Below are positions 51,833 through 64,000 of a DNA stretch of 64,000 nucleotides, piece by piece. The notes below the pieces were generated by a model. That model was given only the letters and a program-made list of their open reading frames with translations. It did no database searches and was not told where the DNA came from. The stretch's first letter is position 1. Every line of letters starts with the position of its first letter. The stretch is taken from positions 126,418,001 to 126,482,000 of the forward strand of contig NC_042997.1 in the NCBI RefSeq assembly GCF_006345805.1, read 5' to 3'. The translations under genes and the position numbers were made by a program. The stretch comes from Octopus sinensis. Lineage: Eukaryota.

Positions 51833-52366
51833 TTATGTGTGTGAGCATCTAATTATGTTTGCATGCCTGTGTAATCTCTATCTCTGTCTTTCTTTCCTTC
51901 TCTCTCACACTTTCTATCTGTGTATGTATATTTCTGCATGAATGTGTGTGTGTGCATGTGTGTGTTAGCCTCTAATGCTAAAATGTACAGTTGCCAAAGC
52001 AGGTTGAATGTCCATTGAGCCATGCCAAATTATCAATGTCTAAACAGCCATTCTCAATCAACTCACTCTCTGAGGATAATGTTAAAGGTACATATGTCTA
52101 TGGAATACTCAGTCATTTGCATGTTAATAACAATGAATAAGTAGTTCAGTTGATCAGAAAACTGAAGCACTCATCAAAATGAAGGATCCAATCACTGCAT
52201 TTACTTGTGTATAAGTGGTACTCATGTATAAGCTGCACCCCTAATTTAGTGTAAGAGCTTGGTACAAAGCTTTTTCCCTTCATAATTTTAGCTTGGCCAG
52301 GTGTGTAAACTGCATTTCAGCCTTTTCAGTTAAAAATTAAGTATAAAATAGTGCAACTTATACATG

Positions 52367-52367
<1 letters not shown>

Positions 52368-52400
<33 letters not shown>

Positions 52401-52877
52401 GTTTAACGTCCGCTTTCCATGCTAGCATGGGTTGGACGATTTGACTGAGGTCTGGCAAATCAGATGGCTGCACCAACTCCAATCTGATTTGGCAGATTTT
52501 CTACAGCTGGATGCCCTTCCTAACACCAACCACTCCAAGAGTGTAGTGGGTGCTTTTACGTGCCACTGGCATGAGGGCCAGTCAGGCGGTACTGGCAACG
52601 GCCATGCTCAAATGGTGCTTTATATGTGCCACCTGCACAGGAGCCAGTCCAGCGGCACTGGCAACGACCTCGCTCGAATGTATTTTCATGTGCCACCAGC
52701 ACAAGTGCTAGTAAGGTGATGCAGGTAATGATCACGCTCGAATGGTGTTTTTAACGTGCCATCGGCACAGAGGCCAGCTTGTTGCTCTGGCAACGATCTC
52801 ACTCATATGGTACTCATAGCGCTCCACTAGCACGGATGCCAGTCATCGAATTTGATTTCGATTTCGATTCCGATTGA
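52368..52877 (-). repeat. Family A copy ending about 80 bp upstream of exon D
   Basis: Same core, long subrepeat array. Confidence 0.9.
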
Positions 52878-52957
52878 CATGAATAAATATACTAATTTTG
52901 TTATCTTCTGTGTTTTTTATGGACGAAACTTAAAATATGATGGTTAATTTGTTGCAG

Positions 52958-53077
52958 GAAATCTTACACATTGGTGAAGAAAAATGGTATGACTTGAATA
53001 TTTCTGGCAGACGCTTGACTAAAAGTCTGAAAACAATTGGGAAGATTTTCATGAAATTGAGTATTTCTGTTAAACAG
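52958..53077 (+). CDS. Host gene exon D: C2 domain C-terminal strands
   Basis: aatttgttgcAG...CAG/GTAATT; 120 nt, phase 0 to 0; EILHIGEEKWYDLNISGRRLTKSLKTIGKIFMKLSISVKQ (WYxL...GxIxLxL). Confidence 0.88.
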
Positions 53078-54426
53078 GTAATTCTATCATCTTTCATATT
53101 TTTGTTAGGCAATTTCAGGTATGGCAGGAGCTGGTGTGGCTATGTGGTAAAAAATTTGCTTGCTAACTACATGTTTCTGAGTTCAGTCCCACTGTGTGGT
53201 ACCTTGGACAGGTGTCTTCTACTATATTCTTTGGTTGACCAAAACCTTATCAATGGATTTGGTGAACAGAAACTGAAAGAAGTCCATTGTGTGTGTGTCA
53301 CTGTCTCCTTGACTTGACATAACATGATAGTTGTAAACGAGTGTCACCGTCATACAAGTGGTGTCCTTTGTTTCCAATCATTGGTGAAACCCTATCTGGA
53401 CATGGAAACATATAATCTTGGTTGAAAACAGGTAAAGTTTGGCAACAGGAAGGGCATCCAGCTGTAGAAAATCCACTTCATTAAAATTCTATCAGACTCA
53501 TCTAAGCATGGAAAAGTGAATGTTAAAATGGTGGTGATGATGATGATAATAAGGATGAATGCTAGCTGAGGATGGCAATATATGAAAAGAAAAACAATTA
53601 ATTTAATGTGTGATCATTTAAACATATGTACCTTATTAAAATTCAAAATAACACGTCTGTGTGTGTGCATGATTTGTTACACCTAGTATTTTGTTAATGT
53701 GAAATATTTAATAAGCATGTCATGAAGCATATGAATGAATTAATTAATTCTATATAAATATGTATATCTAATTTTATTCTGAAATTGATTTTGGAGTCCC
53801 AAGACATAGAGAGAATGTATGAGTCACACAGCTTTTAACCCGTTTGGGTGTCATTCAGCATTAGTACAGTCAGAACTGGACATGGTCTCCCCAGTAAGAC
53901 TGTTTACATTTATAATTATATAAACCATTCAGTAAAGCACACAAATTCTGTATACAAACATATATATAGTAATGTTTTACACACTAGTACATGAAACACA
54001 CATCATTCCACAAAATGTATATACTCGGTTATTTATACACATACATATACACAGGCGCACATAATTTTAAACTTGCCCACACATACATACTTACGCACTC
54101 ACCCTCATTCACACACACACACCATTCTCACACACACACACATGTACTTGTAACACCCTTGTTCGGCTGGGTCACCATTATTATCTGCCTTTCACTCAGC
54201 CTCATTTTTCTAACCATTTCATCATGTTAAACTGTTAATCCCAACACATTTTTTTTCTCTCTTTGTTTTTTTTTCTGTTCTCCCTCCTGTTTTTTTTCCT
54301 CAATCCTTTCTGTTGAAGAGCATAGGCTCAAAACGTCAAAGACTTTTCTATTCTTCCCGAGCATCAAATTAATACAGTTGCTTGTTGTTCCTTCACCCGT
54401 CTTCGTCTTTTGTTTCTGAAAATTTG

Positions 54427-54499
<73 letters not shown>

Positions 54500-54737
54500 T
54501 AAATGTAAATCCAGGGATTGAGGTGTAGGAAGAAAGTTATCTTTGGTAAATATAAAAAAGTAACTTTAGGGAACAACAGTGGCTTATTGAGATGGACAGT
54601 TTAATCTGATCAAGATATCCTTGACATGAAGAGTAGCCGGCAGTATACACCTCGCTTGGATTTTATTACTTCTGAGGTTTCATTCGCTAAGAAATATATG
54701 TAGCCTGGATTTTTCCTACTCCATTCGATAATTCTTG

Positions 54738-54789
<52 letters not shown>

Positions 54790-54791
<2 letters not shown>

Positions 54792-55144
54792 CACCATCCG
54801 ATCGTGGCCGTTTGCCAGCCTCATCTGGCACCTGTGTCGGTGGCACATAAAAACACCATCCGAGCGTGGCCGTCTGCCAGCCTCGTCTGGCACCTGTGTC
54901 GGTGGCACATAAAAAACACCATCCGAGCGTGGCCGTTTGCCAGCCTCGTCTGGCACCTGTGTCGGTGGCACATAAAATCACCCACTACACTCTCGGAGTG
55001 GTTCGCGTTAGGAAGGGCATCCAGCTGTAGAAACAGTGCCAGATCTGACTGGACTGGTGCAGCTTTCGGGCTCCCCAGACCCCAGTTGAACCGTCCAACC
55101 CATGCTAGCATGGAAAGCGGACGTTAAATGATGATGATGATGAT
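54790..55144 (+). repeat. Family A copy with 3 x 62-63 bp internal tandem repeat
   Basis: caccatccgagcgtggccgtttgccagcctcgtctggcacctgtgtcggtggcacataaaa x3, then core and (gat)n. Confidence 0.9.
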
Positions 55145-55169
55145 ATATATATATATATATATATATCTA

Positions 55170-55478
55170 TCACCGTGATCACCGTGACTGACCAGGTTAT
55201 CAGATGTTGCTACACATTGCTGGTCACAATGCGCTTCGCATTGTTTTAGCCTTCAAATGATGCCAATCCAGCTGGCTAAGCGGGCAGGCCAACAGAAGAA
55301 AGAGTGAGAGAAAGTTGTGGCGAAAGAGTACAGCAAGGATTGCCACCACCCTCTGCCGGAGCCTCGTGGAACTTTAGGTGTTTTCGCTCAGTAAACACTC
55401 ACAACACCCAGTCTGGGAATCGAAACCACAATCCTACGACTGTGAGTCCACTGCCCTAACCACTGAGCCATTGCACCT

Positions 55479-55480
<2 letters not shown>
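55170..55480 (-). repeat. Family E tRNA-derived SINE
   Basis: Highly similar to 62098-62412. Confidence 0.85.
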
Positions 55481-55534
<54 letters not shown>

Positions 55535-55819
55535 ATATATAATTAATTAAACATTTGAAGGATTTGTTAAAATCAAGGTATTTTAATATTAAGGACACCA
55601 AGTGAGAATCGAGATCTGCACATCCATGTATATGCCATATACAAACACATATGTATATACTCATGCATACATGGATACACCCATACACTTACACATACAA
55701 GCACACACAAATATACACATACGTAGAGATATAGATGCACATGAAATTATATACTGGTGGAGTTTCATGATTGAATGTAAGTTCCAGATCCAGCTTAGAG
55801 AAGGTTCCAGGTACAGTAT

Positions 55820-56073
55820 TTACATAAAAAAAGAACACAAATGGGTTTAAGATTCACTACAGCTGTTTCAAGCACATTTTTTTTATTGATGAATAATTTG
55901 ATTACATCCTGAAAAAAACTGTTTTCTTCAGGTGAATTAAAATCTTAGATCTTTAATTCACTTGAAGAAAATGATATTTTTCATGATGTAATTAAATTAT
56001 TCATCAATAAAAAATGTGTTTGAAACAGTTGTAGTGAACCTTTAACCCATTTATGATCTTATTTTATACATAC

Positions 56074-56075
<2 letters not shown>
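55820..56075. repeat. Long foldback inverted repeat
   Basis: ttcactacagctgtttcaagcacatttttttattgatgaataatt... mirrored by ...aattattcatcaataaaaaatgtgtttgaaacagttgtagtgaa. Confidence 0.85.
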
Positions 56076-56138
<63 letters not shown>

Positions 56139-56427
56139 TTAAAGTAGTGATGAAGCAAACAAATAGACAAGACATGACAAGGATATTTTATTTGATTTAA
56201 TTCAATCTAATTTAGCTACATAATGAAGGGTAAAAATTCATTATGTAGATTGAATTAAATTTAATGTCCCTGAAATGCCTTGCCTAATTGCTTGCTTTTC
56301 CTCACTACCTTAACCTTCACCTACCGACTCAAAGAGAAGCCATCTTTAGCTGTTTTGAACAACATAATCACATAATCACAACTTCAACCGTTGTTCAAAC
56401 TGGAATTTTGGGGGCACATCTATTTGA

Positions 56428-57085
56428 GGCATGGCTGTGTGGTAAGAAGCTTGCTCCCCAGTTGCATGGTTCCAGGTTTAGTCCCACTATGTGACACCTT
56501 GGACTTCTACTATAAGCCTCAGGCTGACCGAAGCCTTGTGAGTGGATTTGGTAGATGGAAAATAAAAGAAGCCCGTTGCATGTATATCATCATGTATGAA
56601 TGTATGTATGTGCCAGTGGCATGCATAAAACCACCAACTGATCATGGCTGTTGCCAGCCCCCCGCTGGCTCCTGTGCCGGTGGCATGTAAAAAGCACCCA
56701 CTACACTCATACAGTGGTTGGTGTTAGGAAGGATATCCAGCTGTAGAAACACTGCCAGATCAGACTGGAGTCTGGTGCAGCCTCATGGCTTCCTAGACCC
56801 CGGTCGAACCGTCCAACCCATGCTAGCATGGAAAACGGACGTTAAATGATGGTGATGATGATGATGATATATGTTTTTGTGTGTGTGTGTCTGTGTCCAT
56901 CATCACTAGATAACAGATGCTGTGTATTTGCGTCCCCCATACCTTAGCAGTTTGGCAAAAGATACTGATAGAATAAGTACTAGGCTTACAAAGAATAAGT
57001 CATGGGGTCGATGTGTTCAACTAAAGGTGGTGCTCCTGCATGGCCACAGTCAAATGACTGAAACAAATAAATGAATAAAAGAATA
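56428..57085 (+). repeat. Family B SINE split by a family A insertion (about 56600-56867)
   Basis: B head and core, then family A tail, then the B 3' half resumes. Confidence 0.85.
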
Positions 57086-58711
57086 TATATATATCATTGT
57101 TATTTATATCTATACATGTAAGTTTGTTTGTATGTATGTATGTATGCATACACATGCAACACACTCACACATATACACACACACACGCAAACAAAAACTC
57201 ACAAATACACACACTCACACACACACATGCACTCACATGCACCCACACACACATGCACTCACAAACACACACACACACATGCACACACAGACAAACACAC
57301 TAACACACAAGCACACACTCACATGCACATACACGCCCACACATGCACTCACATATACACACACGCAAACACACACACGGAATCACACACATGCAAACAC
57401 ACACATGCACACTCACACACACTCACACACACTCACATGCACACACAAACACGCACAAACACACAAGCACACACACATGCACACACACAAACACACACAC
57501 ACTCACATGCACTCACAAAAACACACATATGTACGCACACACACACACACTCACACGCACGCTCACACACACACATGCACCCACCCACACACGTGCGTGT
57601 GAGCAGTGGAAGTAAACTAATCATTAAATAAACCCTGTCAACCCAGGCAAATGTCATGAGGGATGGGAAGAGGGACAAAGATGGTGGTGATGAGATTTTA
57701 GGGTCTACCTTCATGACGCAAGATGATCATAAGAGATAATATGAAGGGATGGTCATGTAGGGTGGGTGTTTAAGTTTTACAATCATGTGAAAAGTGAGTG
57801 ACAGATGATTAAAGATGGGGGTAGAGATGAGTGTTGGGAATATTGAACAAGGGTGGAGGCATGGGTGATGGCACATGGCCTAGTGGTTAGAGTATTGCAC
57901 TCCCGGTCATGAGATTGTGGTTTCAATTCCCAGACCAGCTGTGCATTGTGTTATTGAGGAAGACACTTCATTTCACATTGCTCCTGTCCATTCAGCTGTA
58001 GATGGATAACCTTGCAATGGATCGGCCTTACAAGGATGAGCTGGTGACTCATGAAACCCACTTGGGTTACAGAAACCTCCTGAGTCATGTTAATCTATTC
58101 AGTAACTGTACTGTGAATTCAAAATGGTTGGGATTGGTTGTTCAACCACGTTGAAGGACGATTATGATGATGATGATGATGATTATGATGATTATGATGG
58201 TTATGATGGTTATGATGGTTGATGGTAAATATGAGTTTTGTGTTGGTGGGGAAGGTGTGAAAGAAATAGAAGTGGTTCTGGAAGGAAGGCAGAGGTGATA
58301 AGTGACAATACTGATTGAAAACAAAAGTACAAAGACCTGTACATACAAACGCACAAACGCATACGTGAAAACACAGAAACATACAAACACACGTAGACAC
58401 TTACAAGCACACACCAACAAGAAAGCACATACATACATACATACATACATACATACATACATACATACATACATACATGAAAATATGCACAAGCACACAC
58501 AGATGCTCACAAACACTCGCAAACACTCACTAATACACGAACAGACACAAACACAGAAAATATTAAACAGAGGAGGACCAATTTCATATTGAAGTAATCT
58601 AAATTGCAGTTATTTGGCATAATAACTTAGAACTGCCGCTAACTCTGTTGATGCTAAATCCCAAAACTGTTATCAAAAGTTAATATCTGTTTGTTCTGTT
58701 GTTTTTGTTAG

Positions 58712-58780
58712 GACACCGATAATATTGAGAATTATCTGAAAGCTACTCATCTCCTGTTTAATCGTGCAGTAAAGATGCAG
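58712..58780 (+). CDS. Host gene exon E: helix after C2 domain; gene continues beyond
   Basis: gtttttgttAG...CAG/GTAGGT; 69 nt, phase 0 to 0; DTDNIENYLKATHLLFNRAVKMQ, an amphipathic segment as follows C2A in the Munc13-4/BAIAP3 family. Confidence 0.72.
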
Positions 58781-58923
58781 GTAGGTAGGTCAACAGACAT
58801 TTGTTCGTTTCCACTACTTTGATTTCAACTGATTTATACCACTCGCACCCCCACCCCCATATCCATCTCTCTACCACTTTCTCTGTATGCATACACTCAC
58901 ACACACACATGCACACGTACACT

Positions 58924-58955
<32 letters not shown>

Positions 58956-59016
58956 TATATCTATCTATCTACCTATCTATCAATCTATATCTATATCTCT
59001 CTCTCTATATATATAT

Positions 59017-59067
<51 letters not shown>

Positions 59068-59885
59068 CATATATATATACATACATACATACATATAAAT
59101 GCATGCATACATATATATATATATATATGTTTATATACATACATATATATATATACATACATACATACATACATATATATTTATATTATATATATGTATG
59201 TATGTATGTATATATATATATAGATATATATATATATGTGCACACATATATTTATAAATATATTGGGATGTTTGGATGTTTTTATGTATTTGTAGATTAG
59301 ATTTAAGACTGAAGAACATATATATATGCCATATGTGCAGTCTCTCTTCAAATATTGTCGCCATCAAACAATCCAGATTTATTAACTTACAATGCAATAG
59401 TATTAACAGTAATAATAATAACAATGATGATGATGATGGTGATGATGATGATGGTGATGATGATGATGGTGATGATGATGATGATAGTAGTAATAATAAT
59501 AATAATAATAGTTACCATGACAATGATGACGATGACGATGATGGTGATGATGATGATAGTTAATAATGTTTTTGTATAAAGATTAATAATAATAAAAATG
59601 ATGATGATGATGATGATGATGATGGTGATTGTGATGTGGTGTTGGTATTGGTGGTGGTGGAGGTGGTAGTAGTGGCAGTGGTGGTACTGTTGGGGATGAA
59701 GAAACGTTTGTTTTAGACATGGCTGAGCATGTTTAGTTGTTATATAATCGCTTTGAGGGCCATAACTTTGTAGGAGTGATTATTTATAGAACCATCCATA
59801 TGTATATAATATATATAGATACATACATATATATACACACACATATATATATGTCTGTGTATATATATATATATATATATGTCTG

Positions 59886-59943
<58 letters not shown>

Positions 59944-60185
59944 TGTATGTATACGTGGTGTGTTGTAGTGTGCTGTGGCAAGGTGGTGTTTTGGGTGTGT
60001 ATGTCTGTTTGCACCTCTTTTAGTGTGTCTGCCTATCCCCATCCCTCTCTCTCATATCTATATTTTTATATATCTGTACATAGATTTAAATGTATATCAT
60101 CATCATCATCGTTGTCATTGTTGTCTTCGTCACCACCACCACCACCACCACCACCACCACCACCACCATCATCATCACCATCATT

Positions 60186-60228
<43 letters not shown>

Positions 60229-60269
60229 CCATCACCATCACCATCATCACCCCCTACCACCACCATCAC

Positions 60270-60300
<31 letters not shown>

Positions 60301-61004
60301 GTCATCATCTTTTAACATCTGCCTTTTATACTGGCCTCGGTTGGACAGTTTGACAGGATCTGATGGGTCGAAGGTCTGCATCATGTGCCAGTGTCTGCTT
60401 CGGCATGTTTTCTAAAGCTGGATGTCCTTCCTAATGCCACCCACTTTACTGGGTATCCTGGGTATTTCTTCCATGGCACCCAGCACTAGTGAAGTTGCCC
60501 TGTAGCTTGCAATGCTAAGATCCTCATTTGCTGAGTGGGAGTGGGGACAAGGGCACAGTAGAAAGGAAGGCAAATTTATGCTAGGTGTTTAGGATTTGAG
60601 AAATTAGGGATGAAGGAAAGGGCCAGAACAGATTTCTTGGTGCAGAAGAGATACAAGACTGCTCATGTTATACTAGTGTGTGTGTCTGTGTGAAAGTAAT
60701 GGCATGGACCAGGAAAAATAACCAAGATAGTGATGGCTGAGTGTCAGAGCGGACCATAATTAAGGAAGAAGAACAAGAAGGGAGGCTGGTTGGAAATAGC
60801 TATAGTGTATGGAGAAAGTAAGGGATGGTAAGAGATAGAAGCTGAGTGTGAGTATAACTGAATGATGAACAAGGGTCTTGCTGGGAGATGTCTTTGATAA
60901 AATGAATTGGAAGGTAGAGGAAAGATGTTGACTAGAATTTGGTGATGGGGGCGGGGGAGGATGGAATGAAATGGTGGAGAGGCATTCTTTTCTATTCTAG
61001 GCAC

Positions 61005-61372
61005 AAAGCCTGACATTTTGGGGGAGTGGGCAACTGGTACTTAGTTTATTGATCCCAAAAGAATTAAAGGCAAACTCAACCTCAGCGGAATTTGAGCTCA
61101 GAATGTAAATAACGCTGAGCATTTCACCTGGCGTGCTAATGTTTCTTATTTCTTTATTTCCCACAAAGGGCTAAACATAGAGGGAACAAACAAGGACAGA
61201 CAAAGGGATTAAGTCGATTACATTAATCCCAGTGCATAACTGGTACTTAATTTATCGACACTGGAAGGATGAAGGGCAAAGTCGACCTCGGTGGAATTTG
61301 AACTCAGAACATAAAGACACAAAATAACGTTAAGCATTTCACCCGGCATGCTAATGTTTCTGCCAGCTCACC
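61005..61372 (-). repeat. Two tandem family C SINEs
   Basis: Same consensus twice. Confidence 0.82.
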
Positions 61373-62429
61373 AGGGACGTTGGTGGTGAATGTTTGGTGG
61401 TGAATGTATTGGCCATGATAAAAAAAGAGTGACAAAAATATACAAAAAAAAATGCAAACAAACTTAACTCTGCTTATAAATCTATGTTATGTATAAAAAG
61501 TTTTATTAGGTGAAGTCAGTTGTCACTCGTGAGTGAGTATGACCCAAAGGCAATGATGATGATGATGATGATTATGATGATGGTGATGATGAGGTGGAGG
61601 AAAATGATGATAGAATACAGTACAATTTTTTTCTGGTCATCTTTGAATCCTGTCACACAACTCCTGCTGTATAATTTTTGACCATTTATTTCCCTATCTC
61701 ATAATACAGTCACGTTAGCACACCGGGCAAAACCCTTAGCGGTATATCATCTGTCTTTACGTTCTGAGTTCAAATTCTGTCGAGATCGACTTTGCCTTTC
61801 ATTCTTTTGGGGGTCGATAAATTAAGTACCAGTTGTGTATTGGGGTCGATCTAATCAACTGGTCCCCTCCCACCAAATTTCAGGCCTTGTGCCTAGAGTA
61901 GAAAAGAATATAATATAGTCAATTCCCAAATCATAATTTCTGTCTAATCATCTAATATAGTATAACTCACATAACACAATCTCCCTCCAGTAAAATAACA
62001 CACCAAGGTAGCTCCTATGTGGTCACCTGCTCTGTTAGAAATATCAACCAAATTATCCTGAAATACACCTTTGTCATATACTGTTGGCGTCATACTTATA
62101 TCACCGTAATCACTGTGACCGACCAGGCTATCAGATGTTGCTACACATCGTTGGTCATAATGCACTACACATTGTTATAGCCTGCAAATGACGCCACCCT
62201 GCTGGCTAAGCGAGCAGCCCAACAGAAGAAATAGTGAGAGAAAGTTGTGGCGAAAGAGTACAACAGGGATCACCACCACCCCCTGCCGGAGCCTCATGGA
62301 GCTTTAGGTGTTTTTGCTCAATAAACACTCACAACGCCTTGTCTGGGAATCAAAACCACAATCCTACGACTGCGAGTCCGCTGCCCTAACCACTGGGCCA
62401 TTGCGCCTCCACCATACTTATATACTCAC

Positions 62430-62830
62430 ACCATTCTTCAGACACAGCTGCACAGCTACTCCAAACTGACATCAGTCACCTCGAAATTTTGACTCAAAAG
62501 TAATAGAATTAAATTAGCTGCTACCAAATTCAGTGTCTCCCTCCATAAACCAAAAACTTTGGCATCCTTCCTGATTTCCTATGTTTGCTTATATTTCAAG
62601 GACGATGGCTATTCTCTTCACTTAAGTATAATAAGTACCTTTTGATTTAGTCTGTTTCTCATCAGCCACCACAGATAATTTGTAATTAGGACCTTGGCTC
62701 AAGTCCAGTTGCAAGAACTACCAAATAATAATAATGGAACTATGGTTTGAGGGAACACTGCAACAACTTCTTGGTAACTTTGTCTTCAGTTCCACAGGCA
62801 TGCATTACTACAGAATATCAAGTTATTAAA
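62430..62830 (+). mobile_element. Possible decayed non-RTE LINE RT C-terminal fragment
   Basis: ILQTQL...LKSNRIKLAATK resembles LQxxL..W..WRIKLNxxK. Confidence 0.3.
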
Positions 62831-63006
62831 GAGGTGCCTTGACAATTGTGGTAGAGTCTCAATATGGTATCATCTGTATACGAAGCTGTGTGTGTATTGA
62901 AGGTGTGTGGGAAGGTCGTGTAGGCACAGGTCTAAAAGAATGGGCAAGAGGGTGCATCATCATCATCATCATCATAATCATAACCACCACCACCACCACC
63001 ACCACC

Positions 63007-63019
<13 letters not shown>

Positions 63020-63038
<19 letters not shown>

Positions 63039-63900
63039 TTAACATCTGTTGCTAGCATGGGTTGGACAGTTTGACTGAAAACTGGTAAATTGAGGATCCG
63101 CACCAGGTTTCAATGTGATTTAGCAGTGTTTCTATAGCTGGATGCCCTTCCTAATGCCAACCACTCCAAACTTGTAGCGAGTGCTTTTTATGTGCTACTG
63201 GCACTGGTGCCAGTTATGAAACACTGGCATCAGCCCATGACTACGATCTCACTTGGTTTGACAGGTCTTCTCAAGTACTGTAAATTGCCACAGGTCTCAG
63301 TCACTTGTCACTGCCTCCATGAGGCCCAAAGTTCGAAGGGTGCTTTTTACATACCAGCGGCATGGGCGCCAGGTATATGATACTGGCATCAGCCATGACT
63401 CCAATTTCATTTGGCTTGATGGGTCTTCTCAAGATCACACAATGTTCAAAGGGTGTGTTTTACCTTTAGTATTCAGATTTCTCTTTCAAATGTAATCATC
63501 ATCATCATCGTTTAATGTCCGCTTTCCATGCTAGCATGGGTTGGACGATTTTGACTGAGGACTGGCAAACCAGATGGCTGCACCAGGCTCCAATCTTGAT
63601 TTGGCAGAGTTTCTACTGCTGGATGCCCTTCCTAACGCCAACCACTCCGAGAGTGTAGTGGGTGCTTTTCACGTGCCACCGGCACGAGGGCCAGTCAGGT
63701 GGTACTGGCAATGACCTCGCTCGAATCCTTTTACACATGCCACCAGCACAGGTGCCAGTAAGGCGACTTTGGTAACGATCATGCTCGAATGGTGCCCTTT
63801 TACGTGCCACTGGCACAGAAGCCAGTTGGCTTCTCTGGCAACGATCACGCTCGGATGGTCCTCTTGGCACCCTACTAGCACGGGCATAAGTGCCAATCAC
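63020..63900 (-). repeat. Two adjacent family A copies (about 63020-63430 and 63495-63900)
   Basis: Same core twice. Confidence 0.88.
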
Positions 63901-64000
63901 ATATTGTCTCACTGCTTTGAGATTTTGATGATGTGACTGTCTGTTTTAAAATGACATTATAGGGTAGGTGTGAGGTGCCAGATCTGTCTGGTTTGAACAT

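Overview
AT-rich, microsatellite- and retroposon-saturated animal genomic DNA. Repeat content and style suggest an octopod cephalopod (inference). The window lies inside one + strand protein-coding gene. Five short exons (8493-8685, 32114-32230, 36039-36114, 52958-53077, 58712-58780) splice in frame into a C2 domain plus the following helix, with the two-insert architecture of the Munc13-4/BAIAP3 C2A domain but lacking most Ca2+-ligand aspartates. The first junction works only with a GC donor across a 23.4 kb intron. The introns hold four mariner fossils, RTE-clade LINE fragments, a Helitron fragment, a Crypton-like tyrosine-recombinase remnant with a 143-nt hairpin, pogo/hAT/piggyBac-like MITEs, at least four tRNA-derived SINE families, about 20 copies of an RTE 3'UTR repeat, and three repeat families carrying minimal hammerhead-ribozyme motifs. 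One of those families joins a tRNA-like Pol III head to a hammerhead tail and occurs as a head-to-head palindrome. Most ORFs in the supplied track are microsatellite or repeat artefacts. All calls were made by eye; repeat boundaries are approximate.
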